From Mobula birostris (Eukaryota): DNA of 64,000 nucleotides. Below are positions 47,095 through 58,350 of the stretch, piece by piece (the first letter of the stretch is position 1; each line of letters starts with the position of its first letter). The position numbers and the translations under genes are program-made. Below the pieces are notes generated by a model. That model made no database searches. It had not been told where the DNA came from and saw nothing but the letters and a program-made list of their open reading frames with translations. The stretch is from NCBI RefSeq assembly GCF_030028105.1, contig NC_092382.1:100332699-100396698 (forward strand), read 5' to 3'.

Positions 47095-49580
47095 ACAGTG
47101 CCCAGAAAAAGAATTCACCTCCGCTCTGCCCGCCTTGGATTCTTTCAAGTTTTATTGTTTTATAAAAATGAATCACAGTGCATTTAATTTGGCTTTTTTG
47201 ACACTGACCAACAGAAAAACGCGCTTTCCTGTCCGAGTTAAAACAGATCTCCACAAAGTGATCCAAATTAGTGAAAAATATAAAACACAAGATAATTGAT
47301 TGCATAAGTTCTAATCACCGAATTATAGGGAAGATGTCAACAAAAATTGAGAGATTACAGAGGAGATTTACTAGAACTTTGACTGGGTTTCATCTCCTAA
47401 GTTACAGAGGAAGGTTGAACAAGTTGGGTCTTTATTCTCTGGAGCATAGAAGGTTGAGAGGGGACTTGATAGAGGTGTTTAAAATTATGAGGGGGATTGA
47501 TAGAGTTGACGTGGATAGGCTTTTTCCATTGAGAGTGGGGGAGGTTCAAACAAGAGGACATGAGTTGAGAGTTAAAGGGCAAATGTTTAGGGGTAACACG
47601 AGGGGGAACTTCTTTACTCAGAGAACGGTGGCTGTGTGGAACGAGAAGTGGTCGAGGCAGGTTCGATGTTGTCGTTTAAAGTTAAATTGGATAGATATAT
47701 GGACAGGAAAGGAATGGAGGGTTATGAGCTGAGTGCAGGTCGGTGGGACTGGGTGAGAGTAAGCGTTCGACTCGGACTAGAAGGGCCGAGATGGCCTGTT
47801 TCCCTGCTGTAATTGTTATATGGTTATGTAAGTATTCAACCCCCTTTAATATGACACACCAAATCACCACCGGTGCAGCCAACTGGTTTTAGAAGACATA
47901 TAATTAGTTAAATGGCGATCACCGCGTGCAGTCTGGGTGTTTCAATTGACTGTAGTAAAAATACACCTGTACCTGGAAGATCCAACTGCTGGTGAGTCAA
48001 TACGCTGCCAAAATCTGCACCATGACCAGAATTAGACCATTCAGTCCATCGAGACTGTTCTACCGTTTCATCATGGCTGATCCAATTTTCCTCTCAGCTC
48101 CAATCTCCTGCCTCCCCCCCCCCCCGCCCCCACAATTCCCACCCGCCCACGAATTTCTACAACGTCACCTAAATTAAATTCATCTATAAGCTACTACGTC
48201 GACTCAGGCCTACGGGGCAGGCGTCGGGCAACGCCTATCTGTTATAAAACAGAAAATAATTAATTGCATATGTATTCACCACCTTCAAGTCAGTACTTAG
48301 AAGATGCACCTTTGGGAGCAATTACAGCCTTGAGTCTGTGTGGATAGGTCTCTACCAGCTTTGCACATCTGGACACTGCAATTCTTCCCCTATTCTTCTT
48401 TACAAAACTGCTTAAGCTCTGTCAGATTGCATGGGGATCGTGGGTGAACGGCCCTTTTCAATTCCAGCCACTAACTCTCAATTGGATTGAGGTTTGGACT
48501 CTGACTTGGTCAGTCCAGGGCATTAACTTTATTGTTTTCAAGCTATTCCTGTGTAGCTTTGGCTTCGTATTTGGGGCCTTTGCCTTCCTCGAAAACAAAT
48601 CTTCTCTGGAGTCGCAGTTCACTTGCAGACTGGATCAGGTTTTCCTCCAGGATTTTCCTGTATTTTGTTGCATTCATTTTACCCTCTACCGTCACCAGCC
48701 TTCCAGGGCCTGCTGCAGTGAAGCATCCCCACAGCGCGATGCCGCCACCACCATGCCTCACGGTAGGGACGGTGTGTTTTTGATGATGTGCGCTGTTTGG
48801 ATTACGCCAAGCATGGCGTCGAGTCTGACAGCCATGAAAGCTCAATTTCGGTTGCATCAGAAAGTAGAACCTTCATCCAGCTGACTTCGGAGCCTCCCAC
48901 ATCCCTCTGGCGTGATCTACCGGAGATTTCATGTGCGTTTTTTTTTTCAACAGTGGCTTTGTCTTAGGTCTCTTAGTGGCCTCCCTCACCCGTCCCCTTC
49001 TTGCACGGTCACTCAGTTTTTGAGGACAGCCTGCTCTGGGCAAACTTACACCTGTGCCATATTCGTTCCATTTCTTGATGATTGACTTAACCGTACTCCA
49101 GGGGATGTTCAGTGACCTGGACATGTTCTCGTGTCCATCTCCTGACTTGTGCTTTCCAACAAACTTCTCGCGGAGCGGCTTGGAGTGTTCTTTAGTCTTC
49201 ATGGTGTAGTTGTTTGCCAGGATACTGACACACCCGAAGTTCGACCTTCCAAAATGCAGCTGTATTTTTGCTACAGACAATTGAAACAGGCTGACTGCAC
49301 ACGCTGATCTCCTTTTAGCTAATTATATGCAGCAAGTGACTGCACCAGTGACGATCTGGTGCGCCATATCAAAGGAGGAGGGGGTGAATACTTAACGCAA
49401 TCAATAATTTAGTGCTTTATATTTGTAATTAATTTCGATCACTTTTTTTTCTGTTGCTCAGTTTCGGGAAAAAAAAGCCGCAAATTAAATCCACTGGGAT
49501 TCAATGTTGTGGAACAATAAAACATGAAAACTTCCAAGGGCGGGGGAGGGTGGGTGAATATCTTTTAGAGGTTCTGTACC
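47095..49580 (-). mobile_element. Near-full-length decayed Tc1 element interrupted by a CR1 3' end (~47325-47825, +) and other fragments
   Basis: N-terminal MKTKEHSKPLREK..IPWSTVKSIIKKW (48873-49280 ORF), DDE part GGGGIALWGCF, and terminal-repeat-like ends at ~47095 and ~49580. Confidence 0.85.
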
Positions 49581-49836
49581 GCTACCTATCTATCTGTCTA
49601 TCTGTCTATCTGTCTAGCCGTCTGTCTATCCTGGTTCCTAAGCTGTAACAGACCAGAATCATCCACCAGAACTGCGTAAATCATCTTCCGGCGTTTCCCT
49701 CGTATCCTTTTGAGACAAACGTTTTCCTGCCATAGACCCTCCCCTCCCCTACCACCACCACCGCCAGCAGCGGCATTAACGGAAGCTGGTCACACCTCTC
49801 CTTATAGTCCCTACCTACCTCCAATGTGGGCAGGCC

Positions 49837-50070
49837 GGCTGGTGGCGCAATGACATCAGCGCCGGACTCCGGAGCCAAGGTTCCCGAGTTCGAACCCAGT
49901 CGGGGCCGCTCCCGGGCACGCTTTCCATCGTGCCGGGTTAAGTGTCGAGCGCTCAAAAAAAAAAAATTCGGCGCTCTGAGAAGGACGTGGGGGACCACTC
50001 ACAGACTCACAGAATATTTCCTCCAAGACAACCACTTGAAAAGTGGTCACCGAGGCTCTGACAGAGTATG
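49837..50070 (+). mobile_element. tRNA-derived SINE
   Basis: A box TGGCGCAATG, B box GTTCGAACCC (49888-49897), then a non-tRNA body; related to the copy at 52823. Confidence 0.75.
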
Positions 50071-50720
50071 ACAACGCAAAATAAAAAAAAATAAATGTGG
50101 GCAGCGTCCTTTTGAACCACTTCAGCACAGAGATGTCAGAGGTTTAGTTAAAGAATAACAGATCCCGGATGTGCGTGACAGACTGGTACCTATCCTGGGG
50201 ATTGGGGGGGTTTTACAGAGTAAAACAGATCCCCTCCGGGAGTGGGATACATGCTGGGATCTAATCCGGGAATTCAAAGGGGTTTAAAGTTAAATGTTGA
50301 GATTCTTTTTCTGCCGGCGTACTTGGCAAATCTATATGAAAGCAACTGCGAACTGTAAACACTAAAATCTGTAAACAAACCGTGCGAATGTAGATACAAA
50401 TAAGTAGCAATAAATAATAAATAATGCAAAAGAGAATGCAGAACGGACTACTGTGTTCGTAGATTGGAAGCCCCCGCGGCTACAAGCGGAATGCAGCATC
50501 TCCACACACAAACAGCGGCAGAGGTCAGGTTCGAACCATGATCGCGGCTTCCCTGAAGCGGCCGCTCGACTGCACCTGGGGGAATGTCTCCCGCCTCTTT
50601 CTTAAGCGGAACGGGGCGGGTTGGATAGACCGTAACCACTCCCCTCCGCTTCCGATATCACCTCCCTCCCTTTTACATCGCCTGCCGAGACGCAGGCGGC
50701 GGCTCGGCTCGGCGGCAGCG

Positions 50721-51181
50721 ATGCTCCGGCGCTCCCTCTCGGCGGCTGTCCTCTCTCTGGCTCTCTGTACGTGAGTACGCCAAGCCTCCGCGCGTGTAGG
50801 TATATCGAGCGTAAACCATCCTCGCCCGTCTCTTTTTTTTTCCCCCAACCCCTATCCCTTCTCTCTTTGCAGGTGTTTGCCGGGCTGATGAGATCCACCA
50901 GTGGCCCGGATCTCTCAGCGTCCTCCAAGGGGCGCCGACCGAGATGAAGTGCCTTCAGAAGGGGCAGCTCCGTAACAATATGCTCTGGTACCGCCAACCG
51001 TCCACCGGCGGGCTGGCGTTGATCGGGTCCGTCTACCTCAACAGCGAAGCCCGGATGGAGGAGAGCTTCAAGAGCGGGTTCGTCATCACCAGGGCAAAGG
51101 AGAATAAGCAGTCCACCCTCCAGGTCGAGAGCGTGAAGGCCGCGGACGCGGCGACCTATTTCTGCGCTACTAGTGATGGCG
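50721..51181 (+). CDS. TRBV: TCR beta V segment VB6 (divergent family B member), apparently functional. Leader 50721-50766, V exon 50873-51181
   Basis: Leader MLRRSLSAAVLSLAL T|GTACGT; 106-nt intron. Exon VCRADEIHQWPGSLSVLQGAPTEMKCLQKGQLRNNMLWYRQ..EESFKSG..YFCATSDG. Confidence 0.94.
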
Positions 51182-51220
51182 CACAGCGTTGTAGAGATAC
51201 TGGGCGCCAACACAAAAACT
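51182..51220 (+). other. 23-RSS of VB6
   Basis: CACAGCG + 23 nt + ACAAAAACT. Confidence 0.96.
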
Positions 51221-52029
51221 CCTACAGATCTCCCCGCAGAGCTTTTTACAACCGGAGCCTCGGGCAGATCAAACCCGACCAGTGAGCGTCACGTCACAGC
51301 GAGCGCTAGGTATGTCCACAAGCATTGGTCCGAACCGTTTGCGTCTCGACCCACAGCGGGAGGATACATTCGTCGGGAAACGGAACTGGATTCGGAATTG
51401 GAGTAGGACTGCCCGAAGGGCCTGTTTCTTTGCCGCAGTGGTTAATGCATCTCGTTGTAACTAAAACGGGTTTCTTATCTTTCCCCCTACCGAGACACAG
51501 TGCTCTTGCATACTCTTCCTGCGGCTGAAACCATTCCTCAGCGCATTGAGGGGGAGCAAGGTGCGCAGAGCACAGAACCGTACAGCGCAGGATCAGGCCC
51601 TAAATGCCTTGTAAACTCCACGCATTTCCGACCCCTCTTCGCATTCGTCGGCACATTGAGGGAGAACAGGGCACGCAGAACATAGAACGGTACAGTACAG
51701 GAACACAATGATGCATCTGTTCACAGTTTATGATTTCATTTCTGCGCACAAGAGCAGCTCAATGTCGATATACTCCATCATTCTCCTCATGCAGATAAAA
51801 GCCCTCTTTTTCGAAGTACACTCTCCTTGATATGTTTTCAAGCTGGTCAATCACGTGTCCACAACCTGTACCAGAGTCGATATATCGAGATTACCACGGG
51901 CCCTGGCCATTACGTTTGTGTTACTGGTCATCTTGAATACCTGATGTAACGCGCTGCAAGGTTTCACTGCTGATGTAATGGTCTCTCTGTGATATTTCAC
52001 TGCTAAGGTAACGGTTTCTCTGTGGCAGC

Positions 52030-52530
52030 AATGTCATAGACATAGTCTTACTTTATTGATCCCGGGGGAAATTGGTCTTTGTTACAGTTGCACCATAAAT
52101 AATTAAGTAGTAACAAAACCATAAATAATTAATAGTAATATATAAATTATGCCAGGGAAGAAGTCCAGGACCAGCCTATAGGCTCAGGGTATCTGACCCT
52201 CCAAGGGAGGAGTTGTAAAGTTTGATGGCCACAGGCAGGAATGACTTCCTATGACGCTCTGTGTTGCATCTCGGTGGAATGAGCCTCTGGCTGAATGTAC
52301 TCCTGTGCGCAACCAGTCCATTCTGTCGTGGATGGGAGACATTGTCCAAGATAGAATGCAACTTGGACAGCATCCTCTTTTCCGACACCACCGTGAGAGA
52401 GTCCAGTTCCATCCCCACAACATCCCTGGCCTTACGAATGAGTTTGTTGGTTCTGTTGGTGTCTGCCACCCTCAGCCTGCTGCCCCAGCACACAACAGCA
52501 AGCATGATCGCACTAGCCACCACAATGTCT
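52030..52530 (-). mobile_element. Rex1/Babar LINE 3' end
   Basis: VVCWGSRL..RMLSKLHSILDNVSHP..RLIPPRCNTERHRKSFLPVAIKLYN. Confidence 0.88.
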
Positions 52531-52822
52531 GGGTTATGACCAGAGATATCGGGGCTTTGGAATGTATGCCAGCCACTGAGAGGCGTGTTGCTCTATCGCG
52601 TGGGTCTGGGAGCAGGGATTTCGCGGTCTTTTCGAGATGAAGAGAGAAGACGAGGATGTAACGAGTTGGTAGATCGGCGGGACGGAGTCGGAGAGAGGGT
52701 TCGACGGTCAGCGACGCTGAGAGGTGGTCGATGGGTATTGAACGGCCTTATCGGTGAGCTCCCACGTGCACCTTAGTCTGTTTCATTAAAATGGCCCCTT
52801 TTTCTTTTTATTATCTTTACTA

Positions 52823-53100
52823 GCCTGGTGGCGTAGTGGCATCAGTGCCGGACTTCAGGACGAAAGGTCTCGAGTTCGAATCCAGCCGGTTCCCCTGCAC
52901 GCTTTCCATCCGTGCTGGGATTCGATCTGGTGATCTCCTTGGAAACTCACCCGCCAGAAGGCAACGGCAAACCACTGCCGAAACGAGGTTCAAGACTACG
53001 TCAGAGAGGCGGGGAGGGAAATCATCCGCACACAGGAGAAACTTCGGACGTGGCATACCTTTCCTTTTTAAACAACCGTATAGTCAGTTTAAGATTCATG
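52823..53100 (+). mobile_element. tRNA-derived SINE with an RTE-like tail
   Basis: A box TGGCGTAGTGG, B box GTTCGAATCC (52874-52883), and GAAGGCAACGGCAAACCACT, which resembles RTE 3' ends. Confidence 0.75.
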
Positions 53101-53519
53101 AAGTTCAGTCGTTAAATTAGGTATGGTGTACTGTGTGATATTTTGTGGTTCGGATTTGCAACGAGACAACACATCACGCAGCATCCACACAGACGAGATT
53201 TCTCCGTTCAGCTGGCTTGCCCTTGACAAAAGCTTGCTGGCCGAACCCGAGGGGTACACTTACGCCCGGCCTGCTCCTCAAGGTCAAATAAGCGGTAATC
53301 AGAGAACGACCCAGTGATTCCAACATCTGCCCTATTTCCCACAATCCCTCTAATCCCTAATAAAGTGAGTGGATTCGTATTCACAGAATTGCCGAACCTC
53401 GATAGCCGTCAATCAATCTATCTCCGTCAGGGGCGGAATTACTGTACAACGAAATATTCAGTCCAATTGACGCCTGAGGCCCCCTGGCCGCTTCCCCACC
53501 TGACTCGAATTTGAGGAGT

Positions 53520-54060
53520 ACCATCATCCCACACGGTCTGCTGGGAAATTGAATCCCAATATATTCAGAGAAGATTCACGATAGCGATTAGAGGAACGAA
53601 AGGGCTAACGTATGAGGAACGTCTGGCAGCTCTTTGGGCTGTATTCTCTGGAGTTCAGAGGAATGAGGGGGGGATCTCATAGCAAAATTCTAAATGCTAA
53701 AATGCCTGAACAGATTAGATATGACAAATTTATTTCCCATGGTGAGGGACTGTAGGACAAGTGGGCACGACTTCAGGATTGAAGGACGTCCATTTAGAAC
53801 TGAGATGCGGAGAAATTACTGCAGTCAGAGAGTGGTAAATCTGTGGAATTCGTCGCCACTCGCTGTGGAGGCCAAGTCATTGGGTGCATTTAAGGCAGAG
53901 ATAGGTAGTTTCTTCATTAGCCAGGGCATCAGAGAGTATGGGGTGAAAGCAGGGGAGTGGGGATGACTGGAGGAATTGGATCAGCCCCTGATTGAATGAC
54001 AGAGCAGACTCGATGGGCCGCACGGCCTACATGTGCCTCTGTACCTTATGGCCTTATGGT
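53520..54060 (+). mobile_element. CR1 LINE 3' end
   Basis: RTSGHDFRIEGRPFRTEMRRNYCSQRVVNLWNS. Confidence 0.88.
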
Positions 54061-55009
54061 CTTATATTGTCTGAGGTTGAGGTGCAGAGGGGTGATGTCA
54101 CAATGGGAGCCTTGCACTCCACGTCAGCAAGACCGAGGAACCGAAAGGGAGGTCGGGTGAGCACACACGTGAGCTCACCGAGAGGTCGGCAGTGGAAAGG
54201 GCGGAGAAGAGGCAGGAGGAGAGAGAAGGAGCGAGAGAGAGGGTGGGAGAGAGAGGGGGACGGGGAGGGGGGGAGAGGGGGTGGATAGAGGAGAGAGAGA
54301 GAGGTTGGAGAGAGGGGGAGAGTGGGGAGAGACGGCAGAGACGGGGAGAGAGAGGGAGAAAGAAAGGGGGAGGGGAGAGAAAGGGGAGAGAGGCGTGCCA
54401 GAGACGGGGAGAGAGAGGGGAGAGAGGGGAGGGGGAGGGGGAGAGGGGGAGGGCGAGGAAGAGGGAGGAGAGAGGGAGAAAGGCAGGAGGAGAAAGAAGA
54501 AGAGAGAGGGAAGAGAGTTTGAGGAGTGAGAGGGGGTGCGAGAGAGGGTGAGGGGGTGAGAGAGGGGCAGGGAGTGAGGTATCAATATCTCAGAAGATCT
54601 TTCATAAGCGAAACACATCCGTGCACGAACGGGGCAGTTGGGTTCTGAGGAGCTTTGTTCTCTCATTGAAGACTCCAGATAAACCGAAGCGGGACGGAGA
54701 CCATTCTGACTCGCTGCACCACCGCCCGGTATGGAGGTTCCAGCGCACTGGGTTGCAAGAGGTTTCGATAGGCTGGGACTCGGCTAGTTCCACCAAGGAC
54801 ACAACCCTCTCTATCATCGAGGCCGCCTATCACTAAGAACATGGCGCATAGACCACCCAGCAGTGAAACACTGGACAGGGCCCAGGATGCTTTGTCAATC
54901 TCGATGCTATCTTATTGTCTTTCTCCTAAGTATCATCCAATCCCTTCAATTCCTTTGTATTCAAAGTTCAGAGTCCAACGTACACTTATTATCAGCGTAA
55001 GTGCAAATG

Positions 55010-55880
55010 ATACAACATAGAACATAGAATAGTACAGTACAGTACAGGCCCTTCGGCCCACAATGTTGCGCCGATCCTCAGACCCTACCTCCCATATAAC
55101 CCCCCACCTTAAATTCCTCCATATACCTGTCTAGTAGTCTCTTAAACTTCACTAGTGTATCTGCCTCCGCCACTGACTCAGGCAGTGTATTCCACGCACC
55201 AACCAGTCTCTGAGTAAAAAACCTTCCCCTTGAACTTCCCACCCCTTACCTGAAAGCCATGTCCTCTTGTATTGAGCAGTGGTGCCCTGGAGAAGAGGCA
55301 CTGGCTATCCACTCTATCTATTCCTCTTATTATCTTGTACACCTCTATCATGTCTCCTCTCACCCTCCTTCTCTCCAAAGCGTAAAGCTCTAGCTCCCTT
55401 AATCTCTGATCATAATGCATACTCTCTGAACCAGCCAGCATCCTGGTAAATCTCCTCTACACCCTTTCCAATGCTTCCACATCCTTCCTATAGTGAGGCG
55501 ACCAGAACTGGACACAGTACTCCAAGTGTGGCCTAACCAGAGTTTTATAGAGCTGCATCATTACATCGCGACTCTTAAACTCTATCCCTCGACTTATGAA
55601 AGCTAACATCCCATAAGCTTTCTTAACTACCCTATCTACCCCCAGATATATACCCCCAGATCCCTCTGCTCCTCCACACTACCAAGTATCCTGCCATTTA
55701 CTTTGTACTCTGCCTTGGAATTTGTCCTTCCAAAGTGCACCACCTCACACTTCTCCGGGTTGAACTCCATTTGCCACTTCTCAGCCCACTTCTGCATCCT
55801 ATCAATGTCTCTCTGCAATCCTCGACAATCCTTTACACTATCTACACCACCACCAACCTTTGTGTCGTCTGCAAACTTGC
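55010..55880 (-). mobile_element. CR1 LINE 3' fragment
   Basis: WAEKWQMEFNPEKCEVVHFG; LERRRVRGDMIEVYKI. Confidence 0.9.
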
Positions 55881-57419
55881 CAACTCACCCTTCTACCCCC
55901 ACCTTGAGGTCTGTCTGCTTGCTGGCAGCCGCTGAGCGAGAAACCGGGAAGATAAAAACACATTTTTAAAAAGGCCTGCAAACACTCGATGCGCAAACGC
56001 AAACGCGCAGACAATAAAAGCAACGGAATTCAGAGCAAAAGTGGGTCCACGGACACGAAGCCCGGAGCGGGGGCGCGCCCTCAGCGTCGGCGCATCACAC
56101 AGCGGGCCAAGTCGCCGCCACGAGTCCCGCGGACACGGGGGATGGGGGGGTGGCGGAGCAGGGCAGCAGATTCGGTCTCGGAGCCGCGGAGGGCAGGGGT
56201 AAACGCCGCGGAGCAGCCAGCCGAACCAGCCTGACACTCGCTATGCCCTCAACCACCACACGCATCTCCAGCGCACCGCTAGTCTCACGGCCACCGCCGG
56301 ATGCGTGGTCCACTGCGTCGAAGAAGCTGCCCCTCAGATCTCCGGTCAACGCTAGCCCCGCCGCACACCCAGCACCGGGCGAAGAAGGATGCCCTCTCGT
56401 GTCTGACAATTCTAACTTGTGGATATAATCTCAGAAGCCTCTTTCACCACCCACCCCCACCCCCCAACTCTCCACGGCAACACAAACTTGCTCCTACTTC
56501 TCCGCATGGCCGGTGTCTTCGGATGCAGGGAGCAATCCCGGCGTCTCACGGCGCTCCCCGCCGTCCCGGAAGCTGACCTTCCCGCGTCGGTCCCATCAGA
56601 GAGGAGGTACAGGAGCAGGCCGCTGCAGCTTCAATGATTCCCGAACAGCCTCTTCCTCCTCCTCCTCCTCCTCGTACGCCGACCGATTCCCGACCGGCTC
56701 GTGCGCCCGTGAACACTCCCTCCCTCGGACTGGGGGTCGGGCTGTGGCCGGGTGCTTCCGGGATGCTGACATCGGCAAGTTCCCGGCGCTGGAGGTTCAC
56801 CGTCTGCCTTACATGAGGGGACTTTCGAGACACTTTGAGATTTTGCCGTGCCCGTGGTCTGTTCCTATCAAATTACGGTACTGCTTTGCACTGTTGTAAA
56901 TATATGTTATAATTATGTGGTTTTTGTCCGTTTTTCAGTCTTGGTTTGTCATGTGATATCATTCTGGAAAAACATTGTATCATCTCTTAATTCATCCATT
57001 ACTAAATGACAATAATAGAGGACTGCGTGTCCTCATAATCTAATCTAATCACATTTCCGTCTTTGCAATGTCAGGCTGACTAACAGCAACCAATCTCGCG
57101 GCCTAGGTCGGTTGATAATTAATCTGATCCTGGTTGCCCTGGAGAGACAGGATGAAGACAAGCTTTCGCATTTCGGGGCGGGGAGCAACTTTGATAACGC
57201 TGGCTGAGCTGGCGGTGGGGTGGGGGGGGGGGTGGTGTGGAAAGCGCACAGATCTGTGGTGGGGCGGGGGGGATGATGGGTTGTGACGTACCGAGCAGCG
57301 TCCCTCATCATTCCGCGGTGTCATGCGGCCACGGGAAGAGGACATGCCGCAGCGAACCGAAATACAGCCGGGTCAGGACGCCAGCTGTGGGACATCGGTT
57401 AAAAACAAAATCACTGCGG

Positions 57420-58350
57420 GTGACGAGGTTCCTGCTGGCCGTGGCGATGCTGGTGGTAATGATGAGACTGTGGTCATAACGTACGTGGGCAACCGCATAT
57501 GCAGATCTGCTGACCGCGTTATGGGAGGATATGGAGAGGGTAGAGAACGTTTTAACTGGGATGCTGCCTGTATTGGAGGAAATGCGTGCCAGAAGTAGAG
57601 GTTGGCGAACTCTTTTTTTCTCAATCTCTCTCTACCCCTCTCTTTCTTTCTCGCTTTTTCTCTTTCTTGCTCTTTCTCTCTCTCGCTCTTACTCTCCCTC
57701 TCTCTGCCTGTCCCTCTCTTTCTCTCTTGTTCGCTCTTTCTCTCTCTCAATCTCTCTCTTCCTCTCTCTTCTACTCTCCATCTCTTTATCTCACTCTCTA
57801 TATATCTCTCTCTACCTCTCTCTCAAACGCACCCTCTCTCCCTCTCTCTCTCCTGTCTCTATCTCCTCGCTCTTCCTCTTTCTCTCTCACAATCTCTCTC
57901 TGCGCCTCTCTTTCCCGCTCTTTCTCCTTCACTCTCTCTCAACCTGTATCTCTCTCTCTCTCAATCACTCTCTCACTCTCTGCTCTCTGTCTCTTTCTCT
58001 CTCTCTTTCGCTCTCTCTACCTCTCTCTCACACACTCCCTCTCTCCTTCTCTCCTTTCTTTCTCTCTCTCTCTCTCTCTCTCTCTCCACCTCTAATTGAA
58101 GTCTTCAATAATGCAGTAACAGAGAGGGCAGAAATCACCAGACTACTGGAATCAACAACACCGAGCACTGCGGGTCAGCATTGCCCCTTTGAATACATCT
58201 CAGGGCACGTAAACATTCATGATCTACTGACAAACCCTCCCCCCCACACCCCCAAAAAAACAGACTAAACATTGAACCGTCAAACGCAAAGAAGAATAGA
58301 GGTTAACGAGGGCCCAATGTCCGACGAAATGCAAATTATACAAAGACATG
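57420..58350 (+). pseudogene. Possible degenerate V segment relic of a third family. Leader-like 57420-57480, exon remnant ~58117-58350, no RSS
   Basis: Hydrophobic stretch VTRFLLAVAMLVVMMRLWS* followed by C|GTACGT, the same phase-1 donor as most V leaders here. After a CT tract and acceptor it reads AEIT..GQHCPFEYISGHVNI, then IY* (TACTGA) and RLTRAQCPTKCKL in other frames. It is cut by a CR1 tail. Similarity judged by eye only. Confidence 0.35.
57608..58090. repeat. CT-rich microsatellite
   Basis: (CT)n low-complexity tract; its mirror type, a GA-rich tract, lies at ~54200-54580. Confidence 0.95.

Noticed and set aside
51496-51540. Perfect heptamer CACAGTG downstream of VB6 (others at ~4468, ~10894, ~58721)
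   Set aside because: No nonamer at 12 or 23 nt spacing and no coding segment attached.
49837-52900. tRNA genes at ~49837 and ~52823
   Set aside because: A and B boxes are present, but the sequence continues into a shared non-tRNA body and no full cloverleaf was evident; these are SINE heads.
53264-53326. Minus-strand ATG..GTAAGT mini-exon (MLESLGRSLITAYLTLRSRPG) as an orphan leader
   Set aside because: Phase-0 donor (V leaders here are phase 1), weak hydrophobicity and no V exon downstream.
57531-58099. Long Leu/Ser- or Arg/Glu-rich ORFs (also 3012-3436, 5905-6426, 45251-46330, 54175-54666) and ORFs spanning N runs
   Set aside because: They are translations of CT/GA/GATA microsatellites or of gaps, not genes.
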